The notes under the pieces: generated by a model
The model's database searches: none
What the model saw: the letters and a program-made list of their open reading frames with translations, nothing else
What the model was told of the DNA's origin: nothing
Translations under genes and position numbers: made by a program
Shown here: one piece after another, positions 1-11,046 of the stretch
Numbering within the stretch: position 1 is the first letter of the stretch
Layout: every line of letters starts with the position of its first letter
Assembly: GCA_032718475.1 (NCBI GenBank)
Contig: JAUCBJ010001997.1
Location: 1-38,696, forward strand
DNA: 38,696 nucleotides
Direction of reading: 5' to 3'
Source: Nemertoderma westbladi
Lineage: Eukaryota; Animalia; Xenacoelomorpha

Positions 1-1030
1 GATGGATCGACGACATTTGTATCTACTGTTGACGGTGACACAGAACCATTTGAAGTGTTATGGGGCGTCCTCCAGGGAGACACACTTGCACCATTCTTGT
101 TCATAATTGTGGGTGACTATGTTCTACGCATGTCCTTAGATCATCATAATGATGATGGGGTGATGATAACTCCACCTACTGGCTCCAGAAGTCGAGGAAA
201 TCGTGCCAAGTACCTATCTGATCTAGACTTTGCTGATGACTTAGGAGTACTCTCAGAATCACTAGAGAGAGCCCAACAGCTCCTCGGCTCATTAGAACAG
301 GCTGCTTCTAGTGTTGGTCTTTTTATTAACTCCAGAAAGACCAAAATTTTGACAGTTAACTTTGAAAGTCCTCAGCAAGTCTCTGACCGGATGAGCATAA
401 GCTCAAAGGATGTTATGCTATGATGGATCATCGATCCATAAGTCAGATGAGGACCTTCGAATACGCAAGGGAAAGGTATGGGCAGCCTTGAATAGGCTTT
501 CCAGGATTTGGAAGTCACCGAGAATTAATCGGAAACTTAAGGTACGATTATTTAGAGCAGCAGTAGTTCCAGTACTCCTCTATGGGAGTCCATGCTGGGC
601 TCTAACTGCTGAGGACACCAAATCTCTGGATGGCACATTCACTAGAACGCTACGCCGGGTTCATTGTGTCAAGTACAATGCACACATCTCCAACCAGACA
701 CTATATAACATTGGAGGTGTCTCATTGGTTCCCCCAAGCTTGACACTAGAACAAAATCGCCTCCACTTTACAGGACATTGGTTTCGCCGTGAGGACCAGC
801 CAGTGCATAATCTTGTACTTTGGCAGCCTCATGGAGTGAATAAGCATGGTGGACAGCCCATGACTTTCTTGAGACGCATCTTAAAGGACACTGGCCTTGA
901 AGATGCGGATGATCTAGCAAATGTCATGGGTGATAGGGAGTTGTGGTGGCGTAATTTTGTCGACAAGCCAGCACAGCATTCTTATAAATGCAGCTGCAAT
1001 GCAGCATGCCGATCCTAGTAGTAATAGTAG
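1..1030 (+). mobile_element. RTE-clade LINE, 3' part of ORF2 (RT C-terminal half), frameshifted, with (TAG)n tail; runs off the window start
   Basis: ORF 55-423 has RT motifs GVLQGDTLAPFLF and DLDFADD. ORF 410-1018 continues with RLFRAAVVPVLLYG...W and RLHFTGH..R. Frameshift near 400-430. Ends in TAGTAGTAATAGTAG at about 1016-1030. Confidence 0.9.
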
Positions 1031-1366
1031 TCAATCAATTAATTAATTCATAATAATCTTCAATACAACTCTACACAAAATGTGGGATATAGTGTTTCTA
1101 TTCAGAAGTACATTACACGGAAGCTTACTGTGGCTGAATGGGGGGGGGGGGGGGGGGTGGCATTTTAATATAAAAATGAGTTTCACTTTAAAGGTACAAG
1201 CTCACCGCTGCGCGGGTTGCTGGATCACACGCAGTGATTAGGGCTCACCGATGGGGAGGTGGAATAAAAATTGATATGATGTAAATAAATGCAAATATAA
1301 TAAAACGAAAGCAATAAGTTTTATAAAAGTAAAGTTAGTTTAAACTATTTATATGAATGTACCTCA

Positions 1367-1432
1367 GGTGTTTTTAGCTCATTGGTTAGAGCGTCAGTAT
1401 GTGAAGGATAAAGTTGTGAATTCGATCCAAGG
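1367..1432 (+). mobile_element. tRNA-derived SINE head or tRNA pseudogene
   Basis: A-box TAGCTCATTGG (1375-1385) followed by TTAGAGCGTCAG, and B-box-like GAATTCGATCC (1418-1428). Shares TGGTTAGAGCGTCAG with the SINE at 15920-16013. No intact cloverleaf. Confidence 0.6.
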
Positions 1433-1779
1433 TATGTTTAGTATTTTTGAAGCTTTTTGTAAAATATAATATCCAATCAATAAAATTAAAATAATTTGTG
1501 CTTGTGCTACATACTTATGAACATGTATATGAGATTTGTTATTTTTTAAAATTTTGTTTTGTATGTCAAACAATGCCTGGGAGATAAATTTTACAGCAAC
1601 ATTGGTGCAACAACCTTTTACAAGGAAATTAAAACTGTCATATTTGAATGCATAAACCCTTTGCGTAACAAAGATAAATTACCATATTAACCATTTATTA
1701 TAACCATATTACTACTTATCCTACCCCCAAAGACGGCTTTAACCATTTTCAAATTAAATTTCATAAGTTATGTAATTTA

Positions 1780-2038
1780 CTACTTCTATCTACTACTACT
1801 ACTAGGTCGAGCGAACTCGGACAGTAGTGGAAATTAGATCCTTCCAGGCTTCCTTCCCGATTCTCCATAGTTGTCGCAATTTCGTTTCTCCCAAGTTCAG
1901 TATCCCTTTCAATTTGATCTATATATGTTATGGCCGATCGTCCACGACTACGCTTTCGATGAGTTGGTTGCCAGAAAAGTAGATCTGGTATGACCTCGTC
2001 TTTACTTCGCCAGCAGTGCCCACTGAATCTTAATCTGC
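1780..2038 (-). mobile_element. 5'-truncated RTE-clade LINE (second family) nested in the piggyBac MITE
   Basis: Minus-strand peptide RLRFSGHCWRS..LLFWQPTH..RSRGR..TYIDQIERDT. (TAG)n tail at 1780-1804. 11-bp TSD TATGTAATTTA at 1769-1779 and 2039-2049. Confidence 0.88.
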
Positions 2039-2200
2039 TATGTAATTTAATGTACCCTGAATCCAATAGGAATCCCTTCAAGCAATATTAAATTAACTTT
2101 TCTAGACCAGTTTTTCCTGCCCAACACGAATATGAACTCCATTTTTACGTCCCAATAGTTATAAGGATAGTTATAAGAGGTTTTAAATAAAGGCGGCACC

Positions 2201-2386
2201 CTGCCGCCCTGGGGATCAGGATAATATATGTAAAGGATGCACTCAGCCGCCTTTGGGGTCAGGATAATATTATATGTAAAGGATGCACTCTGCCGCCTTG
2301 GGGGTCAGGATAATATATGTAAAGGATGCACTCTGCCGCCTTGGGGGTCAGGATAATATATGTAAAGGATGCACTCTGTCGCCTTG
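2201..2386. repeat. 43-bp minisatellite, about 4.3 copies
   Basis: Unit CTGCCGCCTTGGGGGTCAGGATAATATATGTAAAGGATGCACT starts at 2201, 2244, 2290, 2333 and 2376 (partial). Confidence 0.95.
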
Positions 2387-2550
2387 ACGAACATGGCCCC
2401 AAATTATTTGAAATGAAAAAGGTGGCAGTATGCCAGCTTTCTTAAGTGTTGGTACGCAAAGGGTTAAAAGGCGCTGTGCTCACTAAAATTTTGCATCTAA
2501 TCAATATTAAGCTAATGTTATATAATATATATAGCTATCATTCTACTAAC

Positions 2551-3770
2551 CTTCATAATCCTCCATTTCAACATCTAACATAATTTCCTCATCACTATCT
2601 TCTTCATCAACTTGTTCACCTAATAAAAATACCAGAGAAAAATGTTATAAATTGGCTACCATCTAATAAATATATCGCATCAAGACCTTCCCTTCAGTGC
2701 GACACAGAATAACAAATAATTATTATTGTCAACCGCATATACTTAATTTGAAAGGAGGGGGGATGGGGGGTATTTTGGGTACGATATTTTGAAAAGTTTC
2801 ATATAAATATATCACTAACCTGGTTGTATCGTTATTTCTTCTAAACTCTAATGATTATCTTTAAAGGAACCTTTTTCCAATAAAAGGAATAGTTTGGACA
2901 ACTTCGCGACCCACTCAACAGTATCAGGTAGGCGGTAGAATTCATGATGAACCCGTATATCATGTCCTAAAAAGCTCGCAAGCATGTCTAACTCGTGCTC
3001 TTTTAAGTTGAGTATTTGGCTGTTTGTGGCTACATGCTTTCTTAATTTGGTGGATCTGATATTTTCTGGGTGTTCCAGGTCAGCTGATTTAGTGAGTCGG
3101 CGTATGACATCGAATCCACGGATATGCTCGAAACCTCCCGGAATTGGTACGAGGAACAAAAAATTGTTCGATTGAGATACACCTGCTCGCTGACGATGAG
3201 CTACAAGCAAGAGAAGTCCGTTAATAACTTCGTCTGTTAGTAATACAGGTACTGTGCGTCCTATGTTTCCAATTATGTCTGCAACTTTGAACATTTGACA
3301 CAACCCTTTTTCAATTTCGCTAAGATCCGATACATCATAATTCTCTTGTGCGGAGGAGTGCCTATTCTCAAAATCTTCTAGTTTCATTCTAGAAACCTCT
3401 CCCTGACGCCTTCTATTAAATATAATAATGTAACTTAATACAACTTCGTTTAATTCGCCCCATGCTGAGTTATAATCGATGTTGTTTGAGTCGCTGAGTT
3501 GTATTGATAGTACCTGAATATTGGTAATTAAATACTGACTGAATTTTACAGTATCTTTGGTTGTTGGTAAAACTTGAGGTTTCCTTCGTCGTCTCTCATG
3601 TAGTGTTCTAAGGGCATGAGAACTTACTAGCTCTGTCCACTTGATTTCAAAGAGTTACTTAAATTGTTTCGCCCGTACTTGTTCTTCAGAGTTATTGGTC
3701 TCTAAGCCGTGGACATTGAGTAATAAAGAGAGTTTATTTATAGTATGTCCTAGTTCTAGGCCTATCTCCA
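2551..3770 (-). pseudogene. Crypton-like tyrosine recombinase pseudogene with a probable intron
   Basis: The frame of ORF 2848-3387 extends upstream: LGHTINK...QFK*LFEIKWTELVSSHALRTL...IIFNRRRQGEVSRMKL, then LRKHVAT and FLGHDIRVHHEFY (R...RxxxxT...GH...Y recombinase pattern). Stops at about 3656 and 2848. Past the 2848 stop the frame reads SLEEITIQP to a GTTAGT donor (2819). A 69-bp acidic exon 2619-2551 is bounded by TATTAG and GTTAGT. Confidence 0.75.
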
Positions 3771-5180
3771 TTATTGTTGGTTCTTGGGTGGTGTTTCGCC
3801 ACCTACACGCAGCGCCGTGTTGGATTCAGTACTGCAGTACAGCAGTATGCAGTAGGCCTTAAGGACTGGAGTAAGAAAGAATAGATTAGCAGATCTCATT
3901 ATAGCATTGTATTACATAATAATAATCCTCTATCAGTCAGTAGGTCACAACACAATAAGCACTTGAACTTAGGTCCTGTATGGTACATAACAATATACAG
4001 TATATTAACATAGATATGTGATGTATACTAAGAACAGTGTTATCATCAAATCCATATTTACTTTGAAGCACAAATATACACTATCCACAATAAATATTGC
4101 CCGTTTTGGAATTAGATTTAAAGGACCCAATGACATTGTTGCTAGTTTCACAGATGTTGAAAGATCTAAAAGATATTGAAGAGGGATGGAAGTGAAAAAA
4201 TCGCTGACTTAAATTCCAGGTGGGTCGCACAACTGTTAATCTTCACATAAACTGGATATCAATTGCCAGCTTTATTAATAGCTTGCAGGCGAAGTACATT
4301 ATATACTGCTTTGGTCAATTTGTTATCTAATATCAAAGCAATAGCTTCATTTGGTGAATAATATGTAAACTTATGAACTTTTACTGCTGCATGCTCTTTA
4401 CTTTACATGCTGATTGAAAGGAAGAAGCTGTTGCTGCTACTAGTACAGAAGTTGCATAATTATAATAATCGTTAACATTGGCATTGTTTGTGTTTTTTAT
4501 TTGCAAAATAGGCACCAGCGACCATTAGGTACCTTCATAAAAATCGAATTTTTGAAATTCATATGGGGACGTTTTCCATTTGATGGAAGAGGTTATAAAA
4601 CAAACCCATGCCAATTTTTAGCCATAAATATTGATATCTAGGGGTTGCCCAACGAGCTTTTGTATTTTCGCAATTTGGCGATATTTTGCGATAGAGCGGG
4701 TTATCGCGATAAGCTTATGCTTGGGCTTAGAAATATTTATGCGCATTATTTATGTGCAATTTGTAATTCTCTATCAAATGATATGCTGCATGACACTTTC
4801 AAACAAATAATACATCTTTTATTATACTTTATTGCATTGGAGTTTGAGTTCAGCGAGTGGTGCCCTGCGCGCATTCAGTAATGACTGGAATGAGTTTTGT
4901 ACATATGAATGAATCATATGTAATTCTATAATGCAGATTCTAAATCTGTTTTCAAATTCAACCTAGCACATCACTATTTTTCACCATCACCAATTTGAGT
5001 TTAAATCACTACTTTCACTTATCTAAGTGGTTTCAGTGTTTTCAATAAGTTTTTTTTTTAAATTTGCAATAGTGAATTTTGGATAAAATGGAACAACTTT
5101 TAGGAATTGCCTAAATTTAATTGTAGGCAATCATGTAATGAATTCAGGCAGTACCAGTATAGGAGTGTAGAGGCCCAGCA

Positions 5181-5380
5181 CTGTTCATTGTTGGATTGAT
5201 TATTACTACCGACAGACTTCAGACAGTCTGTATAAAATGTCAGTAGTGTATGGTATGGTTTCCCTGTTCAGTATTGGATTACTACAGTCAGACTGTCTGT
5301 AGACAATGTCAGTAGTGTAGGGTATGGTTGCCCTGTTCATTGTTGCATTACTACAGTCAGACAGTCTGTAGACAATGTCA
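5181..5380. repeat. 69-bp tandem repeat, about 3 copies, in the transposon 5' region
   Basis: ATTACTACAGTCAGAC.GTCTGTAGACAATGTCA at 5278 and 5347 (period 69), with a diverged copy near 5203. Confidence 0.85.
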
Positions 5381-5627
5381 CGTCAGTATAGTAGTTTAGG
5401 GTAGACTTATTGTGAATTAGTAAACAGTAATGACTGATGCAGTTTTACTCAATGTTAGGCATATTGAGAGAAGTGGGTACTATCAGACAGTAGATTCAGG
5501 GCAGTAGGTCAATGGTACTTTCATAGGTAAGAGGTATGGAGATAGTAGTGTCACTGTCATGTCAATAGGCCTACATTACCCAATGTACTAATGTTTCTGT
5601 ACTCTGTACTAGTCTAGTCTTTTAGTG

Positions 5628-7863
5628 ATGGCACTTCTTAGAACACAAACAGCCTGCCCAGTAATTGGAGCACCTGCTGATCTCCCAACAACATGTTTGC
5701 CAACCCATGGCGACGTTTTGAGGTACTATCAGTACATAAGGAAATTGGATACAAGGACTGGAGTTACAAAAACAATGCCATCATTGGATATATATAAAAT
5801 GGTCGCTGGTCAATTAGAGAAACTGTGGACTAGAGCATCATTACAACTCAGAGCATCATACAACTCCCATAAGAGGATTGTGGACAAGCTTCTTGCTTAC
5901 CATGCAAATTACATAAAGATTCTCAAGCATGTTGATAGAAAGCAACAGCTTGCTAAGTTTAGACAACATGCAGATTCAACACTCTTTGATATAACAACGT
6001 GTAAATGTAAAGACTTTTTGACATGCTCTTGCGCCAGAGAACTTAGAGTGCCAGAAGAAGAACGGTCGTTTTTGTTAGACCAATGTGGCGACCGTCAAAT
6101 GATGATAGCAGGTGTTGATGTACCACTAACTAATCAAATTGAACAGAGGGGCAAGCGAAAACTCTCTAGACAACTTCAATTTGTCCCACATCAGGTCTCT
6201 CCAATTGTGAATTCAGTAACTGATGTTGATTATAATTCTTCAGATGATGATGCTGAATCAAAGGCTCCCATGGTTGAGTATGATCCAATACCATCAACTT
6301 CATGGTCGGATGTTAGTTGTAGGCCTGATTCTGAAAGTGCTGTCCAACAATCTGTTCACCAAATGAGACGTGAATTACCATTATTCCGTGAATGCGATGG
6401 ACATGGGGTATCTGATCGAGCTGCTGCATCTATTGCTACAGCAGTGTTGCAGGACTTTGGAATTGTACACACTGAGGATACTACTAGTGTCATTGACCAA
6501 ATGAAAATTCGGCGTGAGAGAGAGAAACAGTGAAATATGGAAATTAACACACCTGACACTGATCTCTATGGATTATATTTTGATGGTCGCAAAGATTTAA
6601 CGCTAATACAGGAGATGATTGGTAACAAATATTACTATCGGACTGCAAAAGAAGAACATATATCATTATTATCAGAGCCTAGCTCTGCTTATATTGGCCA
6701 TATCACTCCAGATGGTGGGGATGCAGTTAGTATCTCTGTAGCAATAAGTAAATATCTTCTGGAGAGAGATATTGCAACTGAAAAGTTGGTGGCTGTGGGG
6801 TCAGATGGGACTGCAGTTAATACTGGTCATCTTGGAGGCATTATTAGGTTATTGGAAGTTACTTATGGTTGTCCATTGCAGTGGTTTATATGCCAACTAC
6901 ATTTAAATGAACTTCCACTACGACATATTCTGGTTCACCTGGATGGAGTCACTTCAGGGCCAAAATCATTTACTGGTGTAATTGGCAAGTCATTGGCATT
7001 TGTTAGTCTACCTGACCTGGTCTCCTTTAAACCCATTCCAGCACCAAACCTACCAGTTGTTCCTGCTAAAGTCAGACATGACCTCAGTGATGATCAGCGA
7101 TATTTGTATGATATGTGTATTGCTTCAGATCTTGCAAAGAAGCTTCCAGGACCACTGTCACATTCCAGGTGGTTAACTCTTGGATGTCTTATACTTCGGC
7201 TTTATGTATCTTGTAAAGATCCTCACCCGAATCTGGTTACTCTTACTTCTTACATCCTAAATGCTTATGCACCAATATGGTTCAATATAAAGTGTCAGTG
7301 GGAATGCATTTTTGGACCTAAACATCTGCTTTGCCTTATAAAGTACACCAGATACCTGTCAACTAATTTGCGGGACATTGTAGACACTACTATACAACGG
7401 AATGCCTTCTTTGCACATGTAGAAAACGTTCTTCTGTCTATGTTGTTTGACGAGGATAAGGGAATACAACAACTGGCCTTAAGGAGAATATTAAAGTACA
7501 GGTCTTTAGAAGTATCTTCAGCAGAATGTGTCAGGTCATTCAGAGTCCCAGTAATAAACTTTAGTGCTGTAAATGATATACTATGATTTAATTGACTGGA
7601 CCACAGCCAAGTATGAACCCCCACTTACAAAGCACATACCAACTGATTTAATTCGCAATAGTTTAGAAGGAACTGCTAATATAGACTTTCCATTTCCACG
7701 GTTTGCTTGCTACACACAAGCTGTAGAGAGGATTGTTAAACTTGTCACTGAGGTTTCAGTGGCCGTGTGTGGCTTTACAAGACGAGATGGAGCAATTCGC
7801 ATCAAGCTGAGATCTTACTCTAAGATGAAGAGCTTCGAAAGCAAGAAAGACTACACGGTCTAA
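5628..7863 (+). pseudogene. hAT-like DDE transposase pseudogene
   Basis: ORFs 5625-6533 and 6537-7586 are in frame and split by one TGA; a frameshift near 7575 leads into 7573-7863. Motifs LYFDGRKD, GSDGTAVNTG, CQLHLNELPLRH, SHSRWLT, YTQAVER. Confidence 0.9.
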
Positions 7864-9644
7864 TCTAATATACTTTAACTGTGCTCTCTGACAGATACCA
7901 CACAAACCTACTGTATATTTATACTAGAATATTTACTTTGGGTTTTAAACAAACATTGATATTATAATACTTCAGTTAACTCTTAAATATGTTTCCATAT
8001 TTAGTTTATATAAAGGGATTGAAACATGAAATATTCAACAAACAATTAACATATTAACAATTTTTTTATTCCTTGGAATTTCAACAGCAAATCATGCTTA
8101 TCATTCATTCTACCCCATGTAAATCGACCATTATGATTTAAAAGAGCACAAATATGGCTCCATAGGGCCACAGAAGTGCATCAAATCCAGATTTACTAAT
8201 TTCGGATAATTGCAGCTTATCACACTTATTATGCAGCTTCACCGGAGTATGTTTTTGGACATAAAAAACGACAAAATTGAGCTCAGTGAACAAAATATTG
8301 TCCCAAGCGTACAGAAATTAAATATTTCATAACTAAATATTGCGCTTCGAATGAGACTAAAATGAGCTCAAGGGTGTGAATAGAAGCGCTAGAACCTTCA
8401 AATAGACTGACCGATTTCAAACGCATTATCGCGCCTCTACTTTTCAAACTTCAGAAGCCTTGGGGGGGGGGGGGGAGCAAGGACTTAATCAAATTAAAAA
8501 ATAGTTTGCATGCATATTTCTAAAGCCCATGTGCCACTTTTTAGCACTAGCCATTCTTTGATTACCAACTTTTGCAAAATTCGATCCACCCTAATGTATA
8601 TACCACCATGTTTGTTGCACTGCGCTGCAGTGTTTTCTTTAAAGAGCCATACTGGTACAATATAGAACCCGAATGACCTTTTGTACATTGTAGGCCTACT
8701 TTTTTTGTACAGGGAAAGTAATTAGGTAATTATGGTAGTAGAGGTGGTCGTGGTAGGTGAGTGTCCCTTAGTAGTAGCTGTTAATGGTGTTGCAGTGGTG
8801 GGTGATGGTGTTGGTGAGATCCCGCTCCATTCAATGGTGTCTTCAATTTCTGTTACATGTATAGGACGGACCAGTATGGTGGTATTGTTTGGTTCGGATG
8901 GTGAGGGCTTTTCAGTGGTAGATGTTGAAGTCAGATGAGCCATAGTTTAGTTTACAGGTATCCGAGAAATCTTTACCCTCCTATTGGCTCCGGATTTATT
9001 GTTGTGATATAAAACGAAGCCTGTTATTTTAAGCGACAATAGAAGAAACCCTACCACCAGATTGTGACTGAAACGTATATTTTTTTTTCGCGAAGGTCAT
9101 CTTCTTCATTTTCAGTTTCCCCGGTCTTTGAATTAAGGCTACGTCTTCTTTCTTTCTTTTTCATCTCAGGATATGCCCTGACCTATATTTGTCATAAGAT
9201 TGTTTTCATAAGATATAGGGAAAACCCAATGCATGTCCATTAATATTATGGTTTTATATGATATGTTATTTACTGTTGTAGCAAAGGGGGCAACCTGCTG
9301 GTAGCTATAGCATAACTAAGTGACGATACCAGCCAGTTTAGGCTGGAGGGGGGAAGGGGGGGGGGGGGGTATTTATTAAAATGATATTAGTGTTGCTGTC
9401 CTAAATGGTTACGTACACCTTGTCGTGAGTGTTATGATCAATTGAAGCACGCACTTTGCTGGTAATTTTGGTACTGGCAATTATATTACAGGTTAATTAG
9501 GGAAGATTTTTTAATTAATTAAGGAAGAATAATAATTTATAGAATGGAAAGGAGAAGATTTTTGAGATTTTTTGCGAAACTTAATTTTGATTTATTTATT
9601 TTTAAATAACTGGGGATTTTATTCCAAATGAAAACTCAAAGATT

Positions 9645-9693
9645 GTTCGGTTTCGATGTTAGTCGGACAAGTGGTAGATAGTAGTAGTAGTAG
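9645..9693 (+). mobile_element. Possible extremely truncated RTE-type 3' end with (TAG)n tail
   Basis: GTTCGGTTTCGATGTTAGTCGGACAAGTGGTAGATAGTAGTAGTAGTAG has the same tail type as the other RTE copies. No TSD identified. Confidence 0.35.
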
Positions 9694-11046
9694 CTTTTGA
9701 CACTATGATTAATTAAATTCATGGTGATGAACATTGATAAAATAAATCAATTCACCGAATGCCTGACTGGTATGCAAGTAGTACTGAACCACTCAGCCCT
9801 ATCCACATATTGCATTGCAGTATCTGATAAGTGCTGCATTGCAGCTTAAGTTCATTAAGTTGAAGTGTGTACCAGTCAGTTGTAGCATTAGAGTGGTACA
9901 GCAGTAGGTTTACTTGTGAGATGCGCCTGCATCCGGTCCCGGATCCCTCTCAGATGGTGGTGCGTAATAAGGAAAACATCTGTCTGGCTGCTGACTGTAA
10001 AAATATATAATATTGCAGCCTTGCTGTAAAACTATAAAAACTAATGAAGTACTGGTACCTCACAAAACCCTATACCACTAAATACAGAAATAATAATCAC
10101 TCCTACTGGCCCCCAGGTTATATGTGTCACATTGTCAACGTAGCTGATTTGGTTCACTACTGCTAAGTGCTAACAATATAATGAGACAATCTACTTACTA
10201 AATATGATGTGCAATGAACCAATAGGGTAACCTAATCTAATCTAACCTAACCTAATCTCATAATACAGCAAAGGGATTATTTTTCATATTTACACCAACT
10301 TATTTTATACCTGATGAGACATCGAATTCATTGTGATGCTCTGTTATTAGATTCCATTCCATTGCCTAACAATTCAACTAATGTGTGAAAGCTGGATAAC
10401 AGGATAAGGTCGAACCCGGGTTCCGTGGCAATCTACCACTTAGTTTTTCTGGTTTCCCTGAAGAAAATCTGCCGTTAACTGGCAGGCTGGCTAAAACGAT
10501 TAGTTTGTTAGTTCATAACATCAGAACATAATACTGCAGATTAAATCTAATCAAAACAGATAAACCAAAATACATCTGTACATCTGTCAGACAGTCAGAT
10601 GTCAGACATCCAAAAAGAAACACGAATCTAAACTACTACTGTAGGTACTGTATTGTACTGACCATATCTTGATATATTCCTTAATAACCGGTATTATCCT
10701 ACCTATCTATCCCTCTTTGTTATCCTCCAATCAGCGGTCAGGATTATTCTAGCGCAATTTTGTTGTTTCCTGTAAACTTCCCTAGATGGCGTTATATTAT
10801 TTATAACGTTTTTTTGTAATTTGATATTGTTGTGTTTCATATTTTGTATGTCCTTGCTGCTGATCACCACAAATGTTCGCGTTGTTTGTGCGCCTGGTTT
10901 TACTGGTTTGAAACATGCCTCTCGGTTACAATCATATGGTTTGTTATTAGAATTTGGACAAGTTAAAAATGGGAATAACAATCCTGTTTGAGAGAAAGCA
11001 GTGCAAGAATTAGAAATTATAATAACTTCGATTGGTACATGGAGGG

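Larger units (their letters stand above)
1657..2463. mobile_element. piggyBac-like non-autonomous element (MITE)
   Basis: TIRs CCCTTTGCGTAACAA (1657-1671) and TTGGTACGCAAAGGG (2449-2463) match at 14 of 15 positions. Right flank TTAA (2464-2467), left flank TAAA (1653-1656). CCC...GGG ends with a TTAA target are piggyBac hallmarks. Confidence 0.8.
4526..8593 (+). mobile_element. hAT-superfamily DNA transposon (hATx/hATm-like), near full length but decayed
   Basis: Right end reads TAGGGTGGATCGAATTTT on the minus strand from 8593. Left end is a degenerate TAGGTACC...ATCGAATTTT at 4526. Encloses the transposase. No matching TSD seen, so the left boundary is tentative. Confidence 0.65.

Noticed and set aside
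1140-1160. Poly-G runs (also near 8462, 9347 and 37981) as functional G-quadruplexes
   Set aside because: Simple homopolymers with no consistent context, and their lengths are error-prone.
6531-6536. Programmed read-through or selenocysteine at the in-frame TGA of the transposase
   Set aside because: The gene also has a downstream frameshift, and the paralogue's stops lie elsewhere; decay is the simpler explanation.
8722-9230. Thr/Pro-rich 73-aa ORF as a mucin-like gene
   Set aside because: Short, low complexity, no supporting exons. It may be a LINE remnant, but I see no diagnostic motif.
10229-10260. (TTAGG)n telomere-like repeat on the minus strand
   Set aside because: Only about six degenerate units; an ordinary microsatellite.
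10455-10505. Penelope-type hammerhead ribozyme (CTGAAGA, CTGCC/GGCAG stem, AAAAC)
   Set aside because: The essential GAAA is altered and I could not form stem I or a cleavage triplet; at best a dead relic.
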